DNA from: a candidate division Kazan bacterium RIFCSPLOWO2_01_FULL_48_13 | GTDB lineage: Bacteria; Patescibacteriota; Kazan-3B-28; UBA10110 | Assembly: GCA_001771275.1 (NCBI GenBank) | Contig: METE01000001.1 | Location: forward strand, 55,158-119,157 | Reading direction: 5' to 3' | DNA: 64,000 bases | Part shown: piece after piece, positions 38,333 to 48,064 of the stretch | Position numbering within the stretch: position 1 is the stretch's first letter | Layout: each line of letters starts with the position of its first letter | Translations under genes and position numbers: made by a program | The notes under the pieces: model-generated | Told to the model about the DNA's origin: nothing | The model's database searches: none | The model's input: the letters and a program-made list of their open reading frames with translations, nothing else

Positions 38333-39159
38333 TGGCAACTAATGTCATACCAATGTCGGGGGCAGGCGCTCGCTTTGCCGAGCAGGGTTATGTGCTACCT
38401 AAGCCGCTGATCCCGGTTTCTGGTCAGCCGATGATAGCACGAGTAATCCAGGCACTCCCGCCGGCCGATAAGTGGATATTTATTGTCCGCCCGGAGCATG
38501 TGGCCAACTACGGGATCGATCAGATCATCCAAAGAATCGTGCCGGGCGCTATCATAGTTCCAGATCCGAACCCGCACGGCCAGGCTACCAGCTGTCTATT
38601 AGCGCTCCCTCATTTAGACCCAGACGAAGACATCTTCATCGCTGCTTGTGATAACAGCTTTCTGTACGATCAACAGCGGCTTTCAAATATCATCGCTCGA
38701 CCCGATGTTGATGCCGCGTTATGGACCTTTACTCAAGACGAGCTGCTCACCGCCCAACCCGAGGCGTGGGGGTGGGCTAAATTGGCTGCTGATGGAGAAA
38801 CTATAGTGGACATGTCAGTTAAAATTCCAATCTCCCCCGATCCATTTAACGATCACGCGGTGGTGGGCGCTTTTTACTTTAAAAAGGCTAATCAGTTCGC
38901 CGAAGCCTGCGCCCTAATGATGAGAGAAGAATACAAGGTAAACGGCGAATACTACATTGACGCCCTCCCCATCTTCTATAATCGGCTGGGCTGGAAGAGC
39001 GTTATCTTCGATGTCGATCTGTATGTGGGCTGGGGCAAGCCTGCCGATCTGCGCCAATACCAGGAGCGGGAGCGGCAGTATCTCTCGGGGGGGCATTTAA
39101 CCGGGGATGATCAAAAAGATCGCCTCTGGGCTAAATTTTTTGACATTAGCGCGAAATAA
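38332..39159 (+). CDS. Sugar-phosphate nucleotidyltransferase (tandem paralog)
   Basis: MATNVIPMSGAGARFAEQGYVLPKPLIPVSGQPMIARV. Confidence 0.6.
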   Translation: MATNVIPMSGAGARFAEQGYVLPKPLIPVSGQPMIARVIQALPPADKWIFIVRPEHVANYGIDQIIQRIVPGAIIVPDPNPHGQATSCLLALPHLDPDEDIFIAACDNSFLYDQQRLSNIIARPDVDAALWTFTQDELLTAQPEAWGWAKLAADGETIVDMSVKIPISPDPFNDHAVVGAFYFKKANQFAEACALMMREEYKVNGEYYIDALPIFYNRLGWKSVIFDVDLYVGWGKPADLRQYQERERQYLSGGHLTGDDQKDRLWAKFFDISAK

Positions 39160-39194
39160 GCGATATGCTCCGAGTGTAATAAAAGAGCGTCTTT

Positions 39195-39950
39195 ATGCTA
39201 GATTCCCCAAACCAACCACCACCTGCCCCAACCCCCGAACGGGCGGGATCAAAAACGTTCAACCTGCTTAAAAACAGCCTGGCGCTGCAAGATATGGTGG
39301 TCGGTTTTGTCACCTCAATCCACCCGGTCGTGATGCACAACCTGGGCAAGATCGAGGTGCTAAAAAAGGCACTATGGCACTGCGAGCTAGAGAATATCCT
39401 GGGCAGCTACTTTGAATTTGGCGTCTTTCAGGGAACTTCGCTGCTGGCGGCGGCTCGAGCATTTAGAAATCTGAAGTCTTCCACCCCTAGGCGATTCTAT
39501 GGCTTTGACGCGTTCGATACTGGATTCAAATATTTTGACAACCGCGATCAGCATCCGTTCTTTCAGGAGGGCGGATTTTCGGTGCCGTACGAACGGGTAG
39601 CCCGCCGCCTACGGAGATACCCGGAGATCGAACTGATTCGCGGTTACTTTGAGCATTCGTTCACCGAACCTCGGGCCGTGGCGTTGCGCGGCCAGGAAAA
39701 ATGCGCAATCGCCTTTATCGATTGCGATCTAATGAACCCGGCCCTGCTCTCGCTGGAATACGTCAAACCGCTATTGCAGGCCGGATCAGTTATCATCCTG
39801 GATGATTACTGGGCGTATAAAGGCGATGCGACGTTAGGCATTGCTGGCGCACTCAAATCATTTTTAGAAAATAATCCCGGCATCCACTTGCGAGAATTTT
39901 ATCGGTACGGATACGGAGGCACCTCTTTCATCGTAGAGCGGGTATCATAA
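39195..39950 (+). CDS. TylF/MycF-like class I SAM-dependent O-methyltransferase
   Basis: GVFQGTSLLAAA...IDCDLMNPALLSLEYVKPLLQAGSVIILDDYW. Confidence 0.45.
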   Translation: MLDSPNQPPPAPTPERAGSKTFNLLKNSLALQDMVVGFVTSIHPVVMHNLGKIEVLKKALWHCELENILGSYFEFGVFQGTSLLAAARAFRNLKSSTPRRFYGFDAFDTGFKYFDNRDQHPFFQEGGFSVPYERVARRLRRYPEIELIRGYFEHSFTEPRAVALRGQEKCAIAFIDCDLMNPALLSLEYVKPLLQAGSVIILDDYWAYKGDATLGIAGALKSFLENNPGIHLREFYRYGYGGTSFIVERVS

Positions 39951-39956
39951 CCTAGC

Positions 39957-41909
39957 TTGGTCAGGTTTTCGGGAGCTAAGAACGAGATGTACAAACTATT
40001 AAAGAAGATCGATTGGGAGAGGAGGGTTTTTGCTTTGCCCACCAACTGGGCAGGAGCACTGACCCTAGTTGCGCTGTGGGCATATGGATTTTTTGGCGCG
40101 CTTTCCTCTGATTCTCATACGCTCAATTTATTCATTTCTCTGATATTGCTGTCCATCTACCTGCTATTTTTGTTCGTTTGGCAAAAGCAGGATCCCCTAT
40201 TCAAAGACAGGTTGGTTATAAAAATGGGTGATGTCTGGGTGGTGGCTATACTGTTTGTCTTTTTATTTATATTTTCTTGGTCCGCATTAGCCATCCCCCT
40301 GGTCAACGACGAACTAGCTCACGCGCAACAAGCCGAACTGCACGGGCTATCGCTCATCTACCTCTTAGTTGGGGGGTGGGGGTGGTTGAATGGACTGACT
40401 TTCGCAGGTGTCCTCTGGGTGATCAACGTAGCCGCCTTAGTCTTAGGAATAGTATCTTATCTGTTTCTCAAACAAAAGGGACTGTGGCTAAAGCTGGTGG
40501 CTTTCTCGTCTGTATTTATTTTATTTCGCCTATTGATCATGGGTTTTGGAGGAAGTGGTGGACAGCACCCGCCATTTCGGCTTTTCCCGCTTTGGCTATC
40601 GGGAACCATTCTATCCCCCTCAGATTTCAGCTTTCGCTTCGCCCAGTTTATTGGGTTGGTAATTTTTGGCTGGTTGATCTGGCGCTTTATTGAAAAACGG
40701 GCTGGACATCTTTTGGCGCTCCTGATCGCTATGACCGCGGTGACCATCCCCGTACTTTGGTATGTCGGTGTTTTGGTTGGGCCATCCATCTGGACAACGA
40801 TGGCCTGGAGTTTGGTTCTGCTGTACATGTATCTGAAACCCAACCTCATCGCCAAGGATTTTCTCCGCCTAGTGGCGATCGTTTCCATCGCCACGCTAAT
40901 GCGGCAGACAGCATTTGTAGCTCTGGTACCGATTTTTTTGCGCCTGGCTTACGATCTATGGAAAAGGGGGTTAACTTTCCGAGAGGTACTGTTGATCTCT
41001 TCTCCTCTGCTGGTGATGGTGCCGTTCTTGCTAATAAGTTTTATCTCCGGCACACCGGCAAGTTATGTGCCAGGAGCAACATCCTATTTCCCCCCAGAGA
41101 CGTCCGGTCTTGGTCGGGTTTGGTTTGCGCTCAGCTCAGGATTAGCTTGGACAGCGATCCGCAACTCGGTTCAGCCGCTCTGGCTGGTATTTGGTGGGGT
41201 GTCGTTGATCTGCCTACTAAAAACTCCGCGGAGGTTTTTAGAAAACATCTTCTTCTTGGCCGGCGGAGTAGGTGTTTTTTATCTAATCAGCCCGTTGCTT
41301 TGGGGCAACGGTCGGTACCAAGCTGAGTACATTATACCTTTCTCAATCCTGGGTTTGATCATGGTAATAATCTTTCTGCGGGAAAAAGTTGGCTGGTTAA
41401 AGTATCACCTGCTTCTCGGCGCATTAGTGATGATCGGCTACAACACTTATTCTTTTATAAAAATCCCCCGACTTAACGCTCCGGTCAATACCTTAATCTC
41501 AACTCGTTACGACCTGATGAAAAAGCTGGGGGAATACAGTATTATCTCTCAGCTCCCCTACGACTACCGTTCGGCAATGACGGCAGCTAAGGATAGCAAT
41601 TATGCCGACTCGCTTTATATCGTTGGATCTACCTACGGAGTTTTCCCCCAGATACTAGACGGTTTTACTATTGGAGAAGCTATTGCCAATAAAAAATTGC
41701 TTGGCAAAGGAGGTTTACTCCGTAACGAAAGTGGCGATTTAACTCCGGCTGATATTAACTCAAACAAGGATATAAAATTGGTATTGGTTTCAGATGTGCC
41801 CAACGCCAATTATTTCTTGGATCAGTTAACGTCCTTGGGTTGGGTAATGTGGGAAGAGTTTAAGGATGAGCGGTTCGGTTCAACTATATTTGGCTTGATT
41901 AGAGAATAA
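39957..41909 (+). CDS. Polytopic membrane protein, putative GT-C-fold glycosyltransferase
   Basis: 650 aa, more than 12 TM helices, C-terminal soluble domain. Confidence 0.45.
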   Translation: MVRFSGAKNEMYKLLKKIDWERRVFALPTNWAGALTLVALWAYGFFGALSSDSHTLNLFISLILLSIYLLFLFVWQKQDPLFKDRLVIKMGDVWVVAILFVFLFIFSWSALAIPLVNDELAHAQQAELHGLSLIYLLVGGWGWLNGLTFAGVLWVINVAALVLGIVSYLFLKQKGLWLKLVAFSSVFILFRLLIMGFGGSGGQHPPFRLFPLWLSGTILSPSDFSFRFAQFIGLVIFGWLIWRFIEKRAGHLLALLIAMTAVTIPVLWYVGVLVGPSIWTTMAWSLVLLYMYLKPNLIAKDFLRLVAIVSIATLMRQTAFVALVPIFLRLAYDLWKRGLTFREVLLISSPLLVMVPFLLISFISGTPASYVPGATSYFPPETSGLGRVWFALSSGLAWTAIRNSVQPLWLVFGGVSLICLLKTPRRFLENIFFLAGGVGVFYLISPLLWGNGRYQAEYIIPFSILGLIMVIIFLREKVGWLKYHLLLGALVMIGYNTYSFIKIPRLNAPVNTLISTRYDLMKKLGEYSIISQLPYDYRSAMTAAKDSNYADSLYIVGSTYGVFPQILDGFTIGEAIANKKLLGKGGLLRNESGDLTPADINSNKDIKLVLVSDVPNANYFLDQLTSLGWVMWEEFKDERFGSTIFGLIRE

Positions 41910-41913
41910 AGCG

Positions 41914-42615
41914 ATGAAATTATCAATTGTGGTTCCATGCTATAACGAAGCACAGAATATCCCACTAATCTTGGAGCGGTTCCAATCAGCGATCCGGCGC
42001 AACGACATAGAAGTTATTTTGGTAGATAACAACTCGGTCGATGGCTCGGATAAGGTGTTGGCCGAGCTGGTACCCAGATACGCTTTCGCGCGCAGTCTAT
42101 CCGAGCCTAGCCCCGGCTACGGCCACGCAGTAGTCGCCGGCCTTAAGATAGCCCACGGAGAATACATCGGCTGGACCCATGCCGATATGCAGACCGATCC
42201 CAAAGATCCTATCCGCGCCTTGGGGATGATCGAAAACCTCGGAAACCCTACAAATATCTATCTGAAGGGTAGACGGTTATCCCGTCCTTGGTTAGACACC
42301 ATATTAACTTGGGGTATGAGCGTGTTCGAAACACTATACCTAGGTCGGGTGCTATTTGACATCAATGCTCAGCCCAATATTTTTCATAAAAACTTTTTTG
42401 CCGCCTGGCAGAACCCACCGGGAGATTTTGCACTTGATCTCTATGCCCTCTATCTAGCCAAAAAGGTAGGGATTCATATCATTCGTTTTGATGTTACTTT
42501 CTTAAAACGAGTTTACGGCGAATCAAGCTGGAACAAGGGCTTAGCTTCAAGGTGGAAATTTATTAAACGGACTATTAAATTTAGTGTGGGATTAAAGAGA
42601 CGGCTGGCACTATAA
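41914..42615 (+). CDS. Family 2 glycosyltransferase
   Basis: MKLSIVVPCYNEAQNIPLIL...VDNNSVDGSDKVL. Confidence 0.75.
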   Translation: MKLSIVVPCYNEAQNIPLILERFQSAIRRNDIEVILVDNNSVDGSDKVLAELVPRYAFARSLSEPSPGYGHAVVAGLKIAHGEYIGWTHADMQTDPKDPIRALGMIENLGNPTNIYLKGRRLSRPWLDTILTWGMSVFETLYLGRVLFDINAQPNIFHKNFFAAWQNPPGDFALDLYALYLAKKVGIHIIRFDVTFLKRVYGESSWNKGLASRWKFIKRTIKFSVGLKRRLAL

Positions 42616-42628
42616 CCGCTACAAAAGT

Positions 42629-42727
42629 ATGGGGGTTACAACTTTAGCTAAGATCAAAAGCGCGGTATCAATTGGCAGCCACCCTTTCACCTTCACGGCC
42701 AGGAGGTCAAATATAAGGTTGACATAA
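42629..42727 (+). pseudogene. Diverged, truncated duplicate of the comM 5' end
   Basis: GTTACAACTTTAGCTAAGATCAAAAGCGCGG (31 bp) is identical to 49288-49318 at the comM start. Translation MGVTTLAKIKSAVSIGSHPFTF... compares with comM MPVTTLAKIKSAASLGLEP, then terminates. Confidence 0.45.
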
Positions 42728-42789
42728 TCAAAAAAGTATGTTATACTAAGATAATTAGGTTCCCAAATAAACCTAACCTAAACAATAAA

Positions 42790-43416
42790 ATGAAAAACAA
42801 ACTTAGTGGATTTTTCCAGACCCAGGCAGAAATAAACCGGCAGATGTTGGTGTTGGGCTCAGTGCTGTTTTTTGCCGGCGTGATGGCCATTGGGACAATT
42901 CAGCTGGCTAATGCCGGGCTGACGGCTGATACAAATGTGGCGCAAAATGTGACAGCTGGCTCTCTGGCGATTACGGCTAATACCCAGTTAAACTTTAACT
43001 CTGGTTCAATCAGCCAAACAACTCTCGCCAACACTGGCGCATCTACTGCTATTGTTCTGCAAGATACTTCCGGCAGCGGCAATGGCTGGTCAGTCACGGG
43101 TTATTTCAACACCAATTTCGTGGCTGCCAATCCTGCTGTTCAGATGGCAATCGACTCGGACATGGCCTGGTACCCAGGCGATATGCAGGTGGCCAACAAT
43201 GGCACCAGCAACAATGCCAGCGTTAATAAAGGTGGTAATGGCGCTTTTGTGGGTATCGCCTCTGGTAATAATAAAACTCTGGCTACATCCAACAACAGTC
43301 ACGGCGATAAAGGGGCTGGCACATATGATGTGTGGAATTTGCCGCTCAACTACACCATTCCATTAAGCGCAACCGCTACCGACTACACAACTAGTTTTCG
43401 ATTGACGATTGCCTAA
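42790..43416 (+). CDS. Small secreted WxL-like surface protein (csc 'B'-like)
   Basis: N-terminal TM/signal; GNGWSVTGYF; C-terminus ...DYTTSFRLTIA. Confidence 0.45.
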   Translation: MKNKLSGFFQTQAEINRQMLVLGSVLFFAGVMAIGTIQLANAGLTADTNVAQNVTAGSLAITANTQLNFNSGSISQTTLANTGASTAIVLQDTSGSGNGWSVTGYFNTNFVAANPAVQMAIDSDMAWYPGDMQVANNGTSNNASVNKGGNGAFVGIASGNNKTLATSNNSHGDKGAGTYDVWNLPLNYTIPLSATATDYTTSFRLTIA

Positions 43417-43513
43417 ATAAAACCTACCAAGCACAATTGCTGAATCTTGGGTTGACCTGCGCGATACCGCAGGTTTTTTGTTATCCAATGGATAGTTTTG
43501 ATAAGATGGGAGG

Positions 43514-45079
43514 GTGGTAAGCAAGAGAAAATCAAAGAAGCAATTAAGCAATTCTAAAATATCTAACTGGTGGCAACGCCTGATGAGTTCTATGACAGCG
43601 TTAGACCGATTGGGCCTGTTATTGTTGGTGGGGTTGGGATTGCGGCCAATATTAGACCCCGACTTTGGTTGGCATTTGCGTTCGGGGACTGATTTACTAA
43701 ACTATCTAGCTGTCCCCAGAACTGACCCATATTCTCATACCCTACCCGACTGGCCGTGGGTAAATCATGAGTGGTTAAGCGATGTAGTAGTGGCCTTTAC
43801 CCATAATCACTTAAGCTCACTGGTGGTGATTATACTCTTTACTATATTGATAACTACGATTTTTCTGTTGGCCGCCTCAGTCGAGCCAGTCGGTTGGCCC
43901 TATAAAATACTGGCTGCTGTAGTTGGGTTACTGGCAGCGCTACCGATACTGGGGGTGAGAATGCAGATGATCACTTTACTTGGGATGGCCTGGCTAATTT
44001 GGATTTTGTACCGACATCGGCGCGGGGACTTAAAAAATTTGTGGTGGCTACCAATTGCCTTTCTACTATGGGCCAACCTGCATGGTGGATTTGTCATCGG
44101 TTTGGTGATTTTGGTGGTTTGGTGGCTGTGCGAAGGGGCGAAGTATCTGATACTACACTGGCGGCCAGTGTGGTATTCCAAACTGCAGATTACCGAACTG
44201 GCATTGGATCGATCACAGTTAAGACATTTGTTTGGCATCAGTTGGCTGGCTGGTATCGCCACTCTGATAAACCCTTACGGTTGGGGCCTGTATGCCGATT
44301 TTTATAAGCTGTTTACCAATCCATTTGCTATTCAACACATTAGCGAGTGGCAACCGGTGTCGTTAGATAACGCCCTATCACTGAACTTCACTCTATATCT
44401 GATCCTGTTCGGGCTGGTACTACTAATGACCTACCGCAAGATTGAACCAACCCGCTGGATAATGTCCGGCTTGTTTTTGTATTTATCGCTGTTGTATTGG
44501 CGCAATATGCCGTTTTTTATGATAATCAGCGTCGGATTTTTAGCGGAGATTCTTCAGCAACATACCCATCTTATAATCAGATCCCTGAGCAAAAATAAAT
44601 GGGTCCTCACCGGTGCCGTAATAATAATTAGCATTATTATTGGCCAGAGAATTGATGATGTAGCGGGCAAGCTGATCAACCCAACAGCCAGTCTTCGCTC
44701 TGGCGGATATCCGATTGATGCCGTCCAGTGGGCAAAAGCCAACCCAGACAAAATTGGCAAGACAATGTTTAACGAATATGATTGGGGCGGATTTCTCATC
44801 TGGCAGTTCCCCGAACAAAAAGTCTTTGTAGACGGCCGAATGCCGTATTGGAAGACCAGCAATCGGTTTCCTTTTCTGGAAGAGCAATACGCTATATCCG
44901 CCCAATCAGGATCCATCGAAATGTTGGAAAATACATATGGGGTTGATTGGATAATGATCAGACCCGGGCGCCAGTTGGCGTTGGTTTTGTCGGGACAAAA
45001 AGATTGGAAATTAGTCTACCATGACACTATCGCAATGATTTATTATAGAATAGATGGTAGTGATAAAAATAACACCTAA
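43514..45079 (+). CDS. Polytopic membrane protein, 'DPDFGWHLRSG' family (putative GT-C-like)
   Basis: 521 aa; paralog of 17419 and 21029; FNEYDWGGFLIWQFPEQKVFVDGRM. Confidence 0.55.
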   Translation: MVSKRKSKKQLSNSKISNWWQRLMSSMTALDRLGLLLLVGLGLRPILDPDFGWHLRSGTDLLNYLAVPRTDPYSHTLPDWPWVNHEWLSDVVVAFTHNHLSSLVVIILFTILITTIFLLAASVEPVGWPYKILAAVVGLLAALPILGVRMQMITLLGMAWLIWILYRHRRGDLKNLWWLPIAFLLWANLHGGFVIGLVILVVWWLCEGAKYLILHWRPVWYSKLQITELALDRSQLRHLFGISWLAGIATLINPYGWGLYADFYKLFTNPFAIQHISEWQPVSLDNALSLNFTLYLILFGLVLLMTYRKIEPTRWIMSGLFLYLSLLYWRNMPFFMIISVGFLAEILQQHTHLIIRSLSKNKWVLTGAVIIISIIIGQRIDDVAGKLINPTASLRSGGYPIDAVQWAKANPDKIGKTMFNEYDWGGFLIWQFPEQKVFVDGRMPYWKTSNRFPFLEEQYAISAQSGSIEMLENTYGVDWIMIRPGRQLALVLSGQKDWKLVYHDTIAMIYYRIDGSDKNNT

Positions 45080-46460
45080 AATCTTCGGTGGCATTGTAGC
45101 GGTAGTCGTGGCGATTAGTTTGTCGCCGCTAACGACCTGGGCCATGTCGGCTGGTGGAATGAGTATTGCCCCGGCTCCCAACCCCACATTCCCCGATCGA
45201 AATAAGGGTTGGTTTATTTATGAACAAGTTGAGCCCGGCACAGTGATCGAAGATGTGGCGCGGGTAATAAATTTGGACAGTAGCACAGCCACCATAACCA
45301 TTGAGACTGTGGATGCGGGGATGAACGAAGATGGCGGTTTTGGTTTAGTGGGAAGCCCGGAGGAAAACATAGATATTGGCAGATGGATAGAGCTATCGAA
45401 AACCGAGGTGACCTTACCAGCCAACCGGGAAGAGATTGTTCCTTTTAAAATAACAGTTCCGGCGGATGCGGAGGTGGGCGACCATATTGGAGCATTGGCG
45501 GTTTATCAAATTAGTCCAGCAACAGATAAGACTGCAAAAATTGGCGGGTCGCAGGTAAGTATCAGTACCCGAGTGGGGGCCAGGATTTATCTGACCGTCA
45601 AGGGAGATATCGTGCGTGGATTAAAATTACTTAAAGGGTCGTTGTATGGTCGAGGGCAGTCTTTGATGTTTGGTTTAAAAGTGAAGAATTTAGGCAATGT
45701 GCGGGCGGATTTGAGGATGACAGCAAAAATATATAGCATTTGGGGGGTGTATGACAAAAAAGAAGCCATCCAAATTGGTCAGGTTTTCCCCAGAAAAACA
45801 ATTAGCATTCAGGCGCCTTGGCCAGGAAAATCTCGTCCGATTTTTGGTTTGTATTGGGCGAGTGTCACCATTGAAGATGCTTTTAAGGGATTAAATCCGA
45901 TTAATAGTCCGCTGCCAGCCAGCCAGCCAATTCATACTTGGGTGGTTACTTTCTTTATTCCGTGGACCCAAACAGCGATTTTGGTATTACTATTGTTTTT
46001 GATTTGGTTCTTTATTCAGCTAAGAAGATGGCGGCAGATGGTAGCTCTTTCCACCACACCGGTGGTGGCTTATAAGATAAAACCGGGCGATCATTTGGCA
46101 AATATCGCGGCTCGATATGGTATCAGTTGGAAACTATTGGCCCACTTAAATGAAATCAAACCACCATACAGTCTGCATGGAGTCGCTCAAATTTATGTAC
46201 CAGACGCTAAGGGTAGCCGGCAGGGCATGAGAGCTCCGCGCTTCCTGGCGTATTTAATTAAGCCACTTCATCGTTTCTGGCGCCGCAGATCACCAGATGT
46301 GATCGTGGTGGAACCAGGCGACACTAAGACAGATGTCGAAAAATTTACTGGCTTATCGTGGAAAAGGTTGGCAGCTTATAATCAGCTATCCCCTACTTCG
46401 GCACTAAAGAGCGGCCAAGAGTTGAGGGTGCCATCGACTTACCGAAGGAATACTCGCTGA
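45054..46460 (+). CDS. DUF916/DUF3324-like (CscA-like) surface protein with TM segment and two LysM domains
   Basis: NKGWFIYEQVEPGTV...DIGRWIELSKTEVTLPANREEIVPFKITVPADAEVGDHIGALAVYQ; TM WVVTFFIPWTQTAILVLLLFLIWFFI; LysM 1 YKIKPGDHLANIAARYGISWKLLAHLN...IYVP; LysM 2 VVEPGDTKTDVEKFTGLSWKRLAAYNQL...LRVP. Confidence 0.6.
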   Translation: MVVIKITPKIFGGIVAVVVAISLSPLTTWAMSAGGMSIAPAPNPTFPDRNKGWFIYEQVEPGTVIEDVARVINLDSSTATITIETVDAGMNEDGGFGLVGSPEENIDIGRWIELSKTEVTLPANREEIVPFKITVPADAEVGDHIGALAVYQISPATDKTAKIGGSQVSISTRVGARIYLTVKGDIVRGLKLLKGSLYGRGQSLMFGLKVKNLGNVRADLRMTAKIYSIWGVYDKKEAIQIGQVFPRKTISIQAPWPGKSRPIFGLYWASVTIEDAFKGLNPINSPLPASQPIHTWVVTFFIPWTQTAILVLLLFLIWFFIQLRRWRQMVALSTTPVVAYKIKPGDHLANIAARYGISWKLLAHLNEIKPPYSLHGVAQIYVPDAKGSRQGMRAPRFLAYLIKPLHRFWRRRSPDVIVVEPGDTKTDVEKFTGLSWKRLAAYNQLSPTSALKSGQELRVPSTYRRNTR

Positions 46461-46501
46461 GAATCCCTATCAGCAAAGGTTAGAACAAGCGAGGTTAGTT
46501 T

Positions 46502-48016
46502 ATGAGCAGATCGAGGCTGCAAAAATTAGTTATTTGGATAATAGTGGGGGGACTATCTCTGGTGAATGCCAGCAGTTTAGTTTTACGGTTTCCCCGACCA
46601 GCCTATGCCGTAACCAAAATGCTACTATTATGGGACGACGGCACCTACGGCGCTGTGCCATCGGGCTGGACAACTGATGCGACCTATAACGACCTGATGT
46701 TACGGGGCAACACGACAGCCGGCGGAACTGGAGGGAGCGATACTCACACCCATACCATTACTAATGCCAATGTTGACACAGTCAACACCGGTAGTAACGC
46801 CCAGCAGAAAAAAGGCTCGGCTACAGTATCGGCCCAAAGCCATACTCATGCGATTACCAGTTCATCGATGTCGAACGAATCTTCCTTGCCGCCATATCGC
46901 GGACTAATGGTAATTGCCAACGATAGCGGTATTCCAACCACCTTGCCGTTAAATATAATCGTGTTGTTTGATACAGCCAGTCTCTCCGGTGATTTTAGCC
47001 GATATTCAGCCCAAGATAACTATTTTGTGCGCGGGGCATCGACAGCCGGAGGCACAGGGGGCTCTTCGGCGCTACACGGACATAGTAGTGTGGCTTTTGG
47101 CACTGGCAACCCGAATTCGACCGAAGCCGCCATGGTGACTGGCGCGGCGGTGACTGCCAACACCAGTACCCACTCTCACTCCTTAACCGGCAGCACTACT
47201 GATACGGATGGTGATATTGCGCCGCCACATGTTAATACGGTGTTAGCCAGAGTAACAACTGACGGCATCGCTATTCCGGCGGAAATGATCTCCATATTTG
47301 ATGCCGCCCCCGGAACTGGTTGGAATTCATTAAGTGGTGTGGGTGGTGATTTTAACCAAAAATACATTGAAGGAACATCAACTTATGCTGCGGCTCAAGG
47401 CAATGCCACCCATAACCACAACAAAACTGGCGGGTATACAACTAATACCGTCTCAACCGGTACCGGTTTGGGTACTGGGACCCCCGCTAAGGGGGTGGCC
47501 ACTAGCCATGCGCATCCGTTGGCAAGTCCAACTTTTAGTGACGGCAACAACGCGCCAGCCTATAAAGATGTGATCGTTGGCAAGAAGTTGGCTGAACTGG
47601 GGGTAACTGCCCCCGCCAATATTACTTTGACGGCTGGTAATCCCAGCCAGACACTGGATACTACTTTTCCTGGTGGCAGTGAGGTGACTGTGACGGATGG
47701 CGGCAATGGGTGGAGTATAACGGTCATTATGCAGACTACTCTGACATCTGGCGGCAACACCATTCCGAATGCCAATGTAAAAATTCGCAAGGATGGATTA
47801 GTTGATAGCGGAAGTTACACTATTTGGGGAGGAACCTACACTAATGTGGCTGAAACAAATGCTACCGAATCACTGGATGTTTCTCGGACTGTAGGCACTC
47901 GAAGTAGCGGGACAAGTGGAGATTCCACGACGACACGACCGAGTATCCAAGTAGTTATCCCCGGGATACAGGCGGCTGGAGATTATGTCGGCGCAATGAG
48001 ATTTACGGTGGCCTAA
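46502..48016 (+). CDS. Large secreted surface protein with WxL-like C-terminal domain (csc 'C'-like)
   Basis: N-terminal signal/anchor; GNGWSITVI; terminal ...DYVGAMRFTVA; C-terminal 130 aa homologous to 14930. Confidence 0.5.
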   Translation: MSRSRLQKLVIWIIVGGLSLVNASSLVLRFPRPAYAVTKMLLLWDDGTYGAVPSGWTTDATYNDLMLRGNTTAGGTGGSDTHTHTITNANVDTVNTGSNAQQKKGSATVSAQSHTHAITSSSMSNESSLPPYRGLMVIANDSGIPTTLPLNIIVLFDTASLSGDFSRYSAQDNYFVRGASTAGGTGGSSALHGHSSVAFGTGNPNSTEAAMVTGAAVTANTSTHSHSLTGSTTDTDGDIAPPHVNTVLARVTTDGIAIPAEMISIFDAAPGTGWNSLSGVGGDFNQKYIEGTSTYAAAQGNATHNHNKTGGYTTNTVSTGTGLGTGTPAKGVATSHAHPLASPTFSDGNNAPAYKDVIVGKKLAELGVTAPANITLTAGNPSQTLDTTFPGGSEVTVTDGGNGWSITVIMQTTLTSGGNTIPNANVKIRKDGLVDSGSYTIWGGTYTNVAETNATESLDVSRTVGTRSSGTSGDSTTTRPSIQVVIPGIQAAGDYVGAMRFTVA

Positions 48017-48064
48017 AACCAAAACCGGTTGGGCAGATAGAGATCTCCCGCTTATAATAGAACT

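Noticed and set aside
40277-41326. ORFs 40277..40693 (+), 40457..40894 (-) and 40757..41326 (+)
   Set aside because: They overlap the 650-aa membrane-protein gene in alternative frames; they are Arg/Pro-rich and not protein-like.
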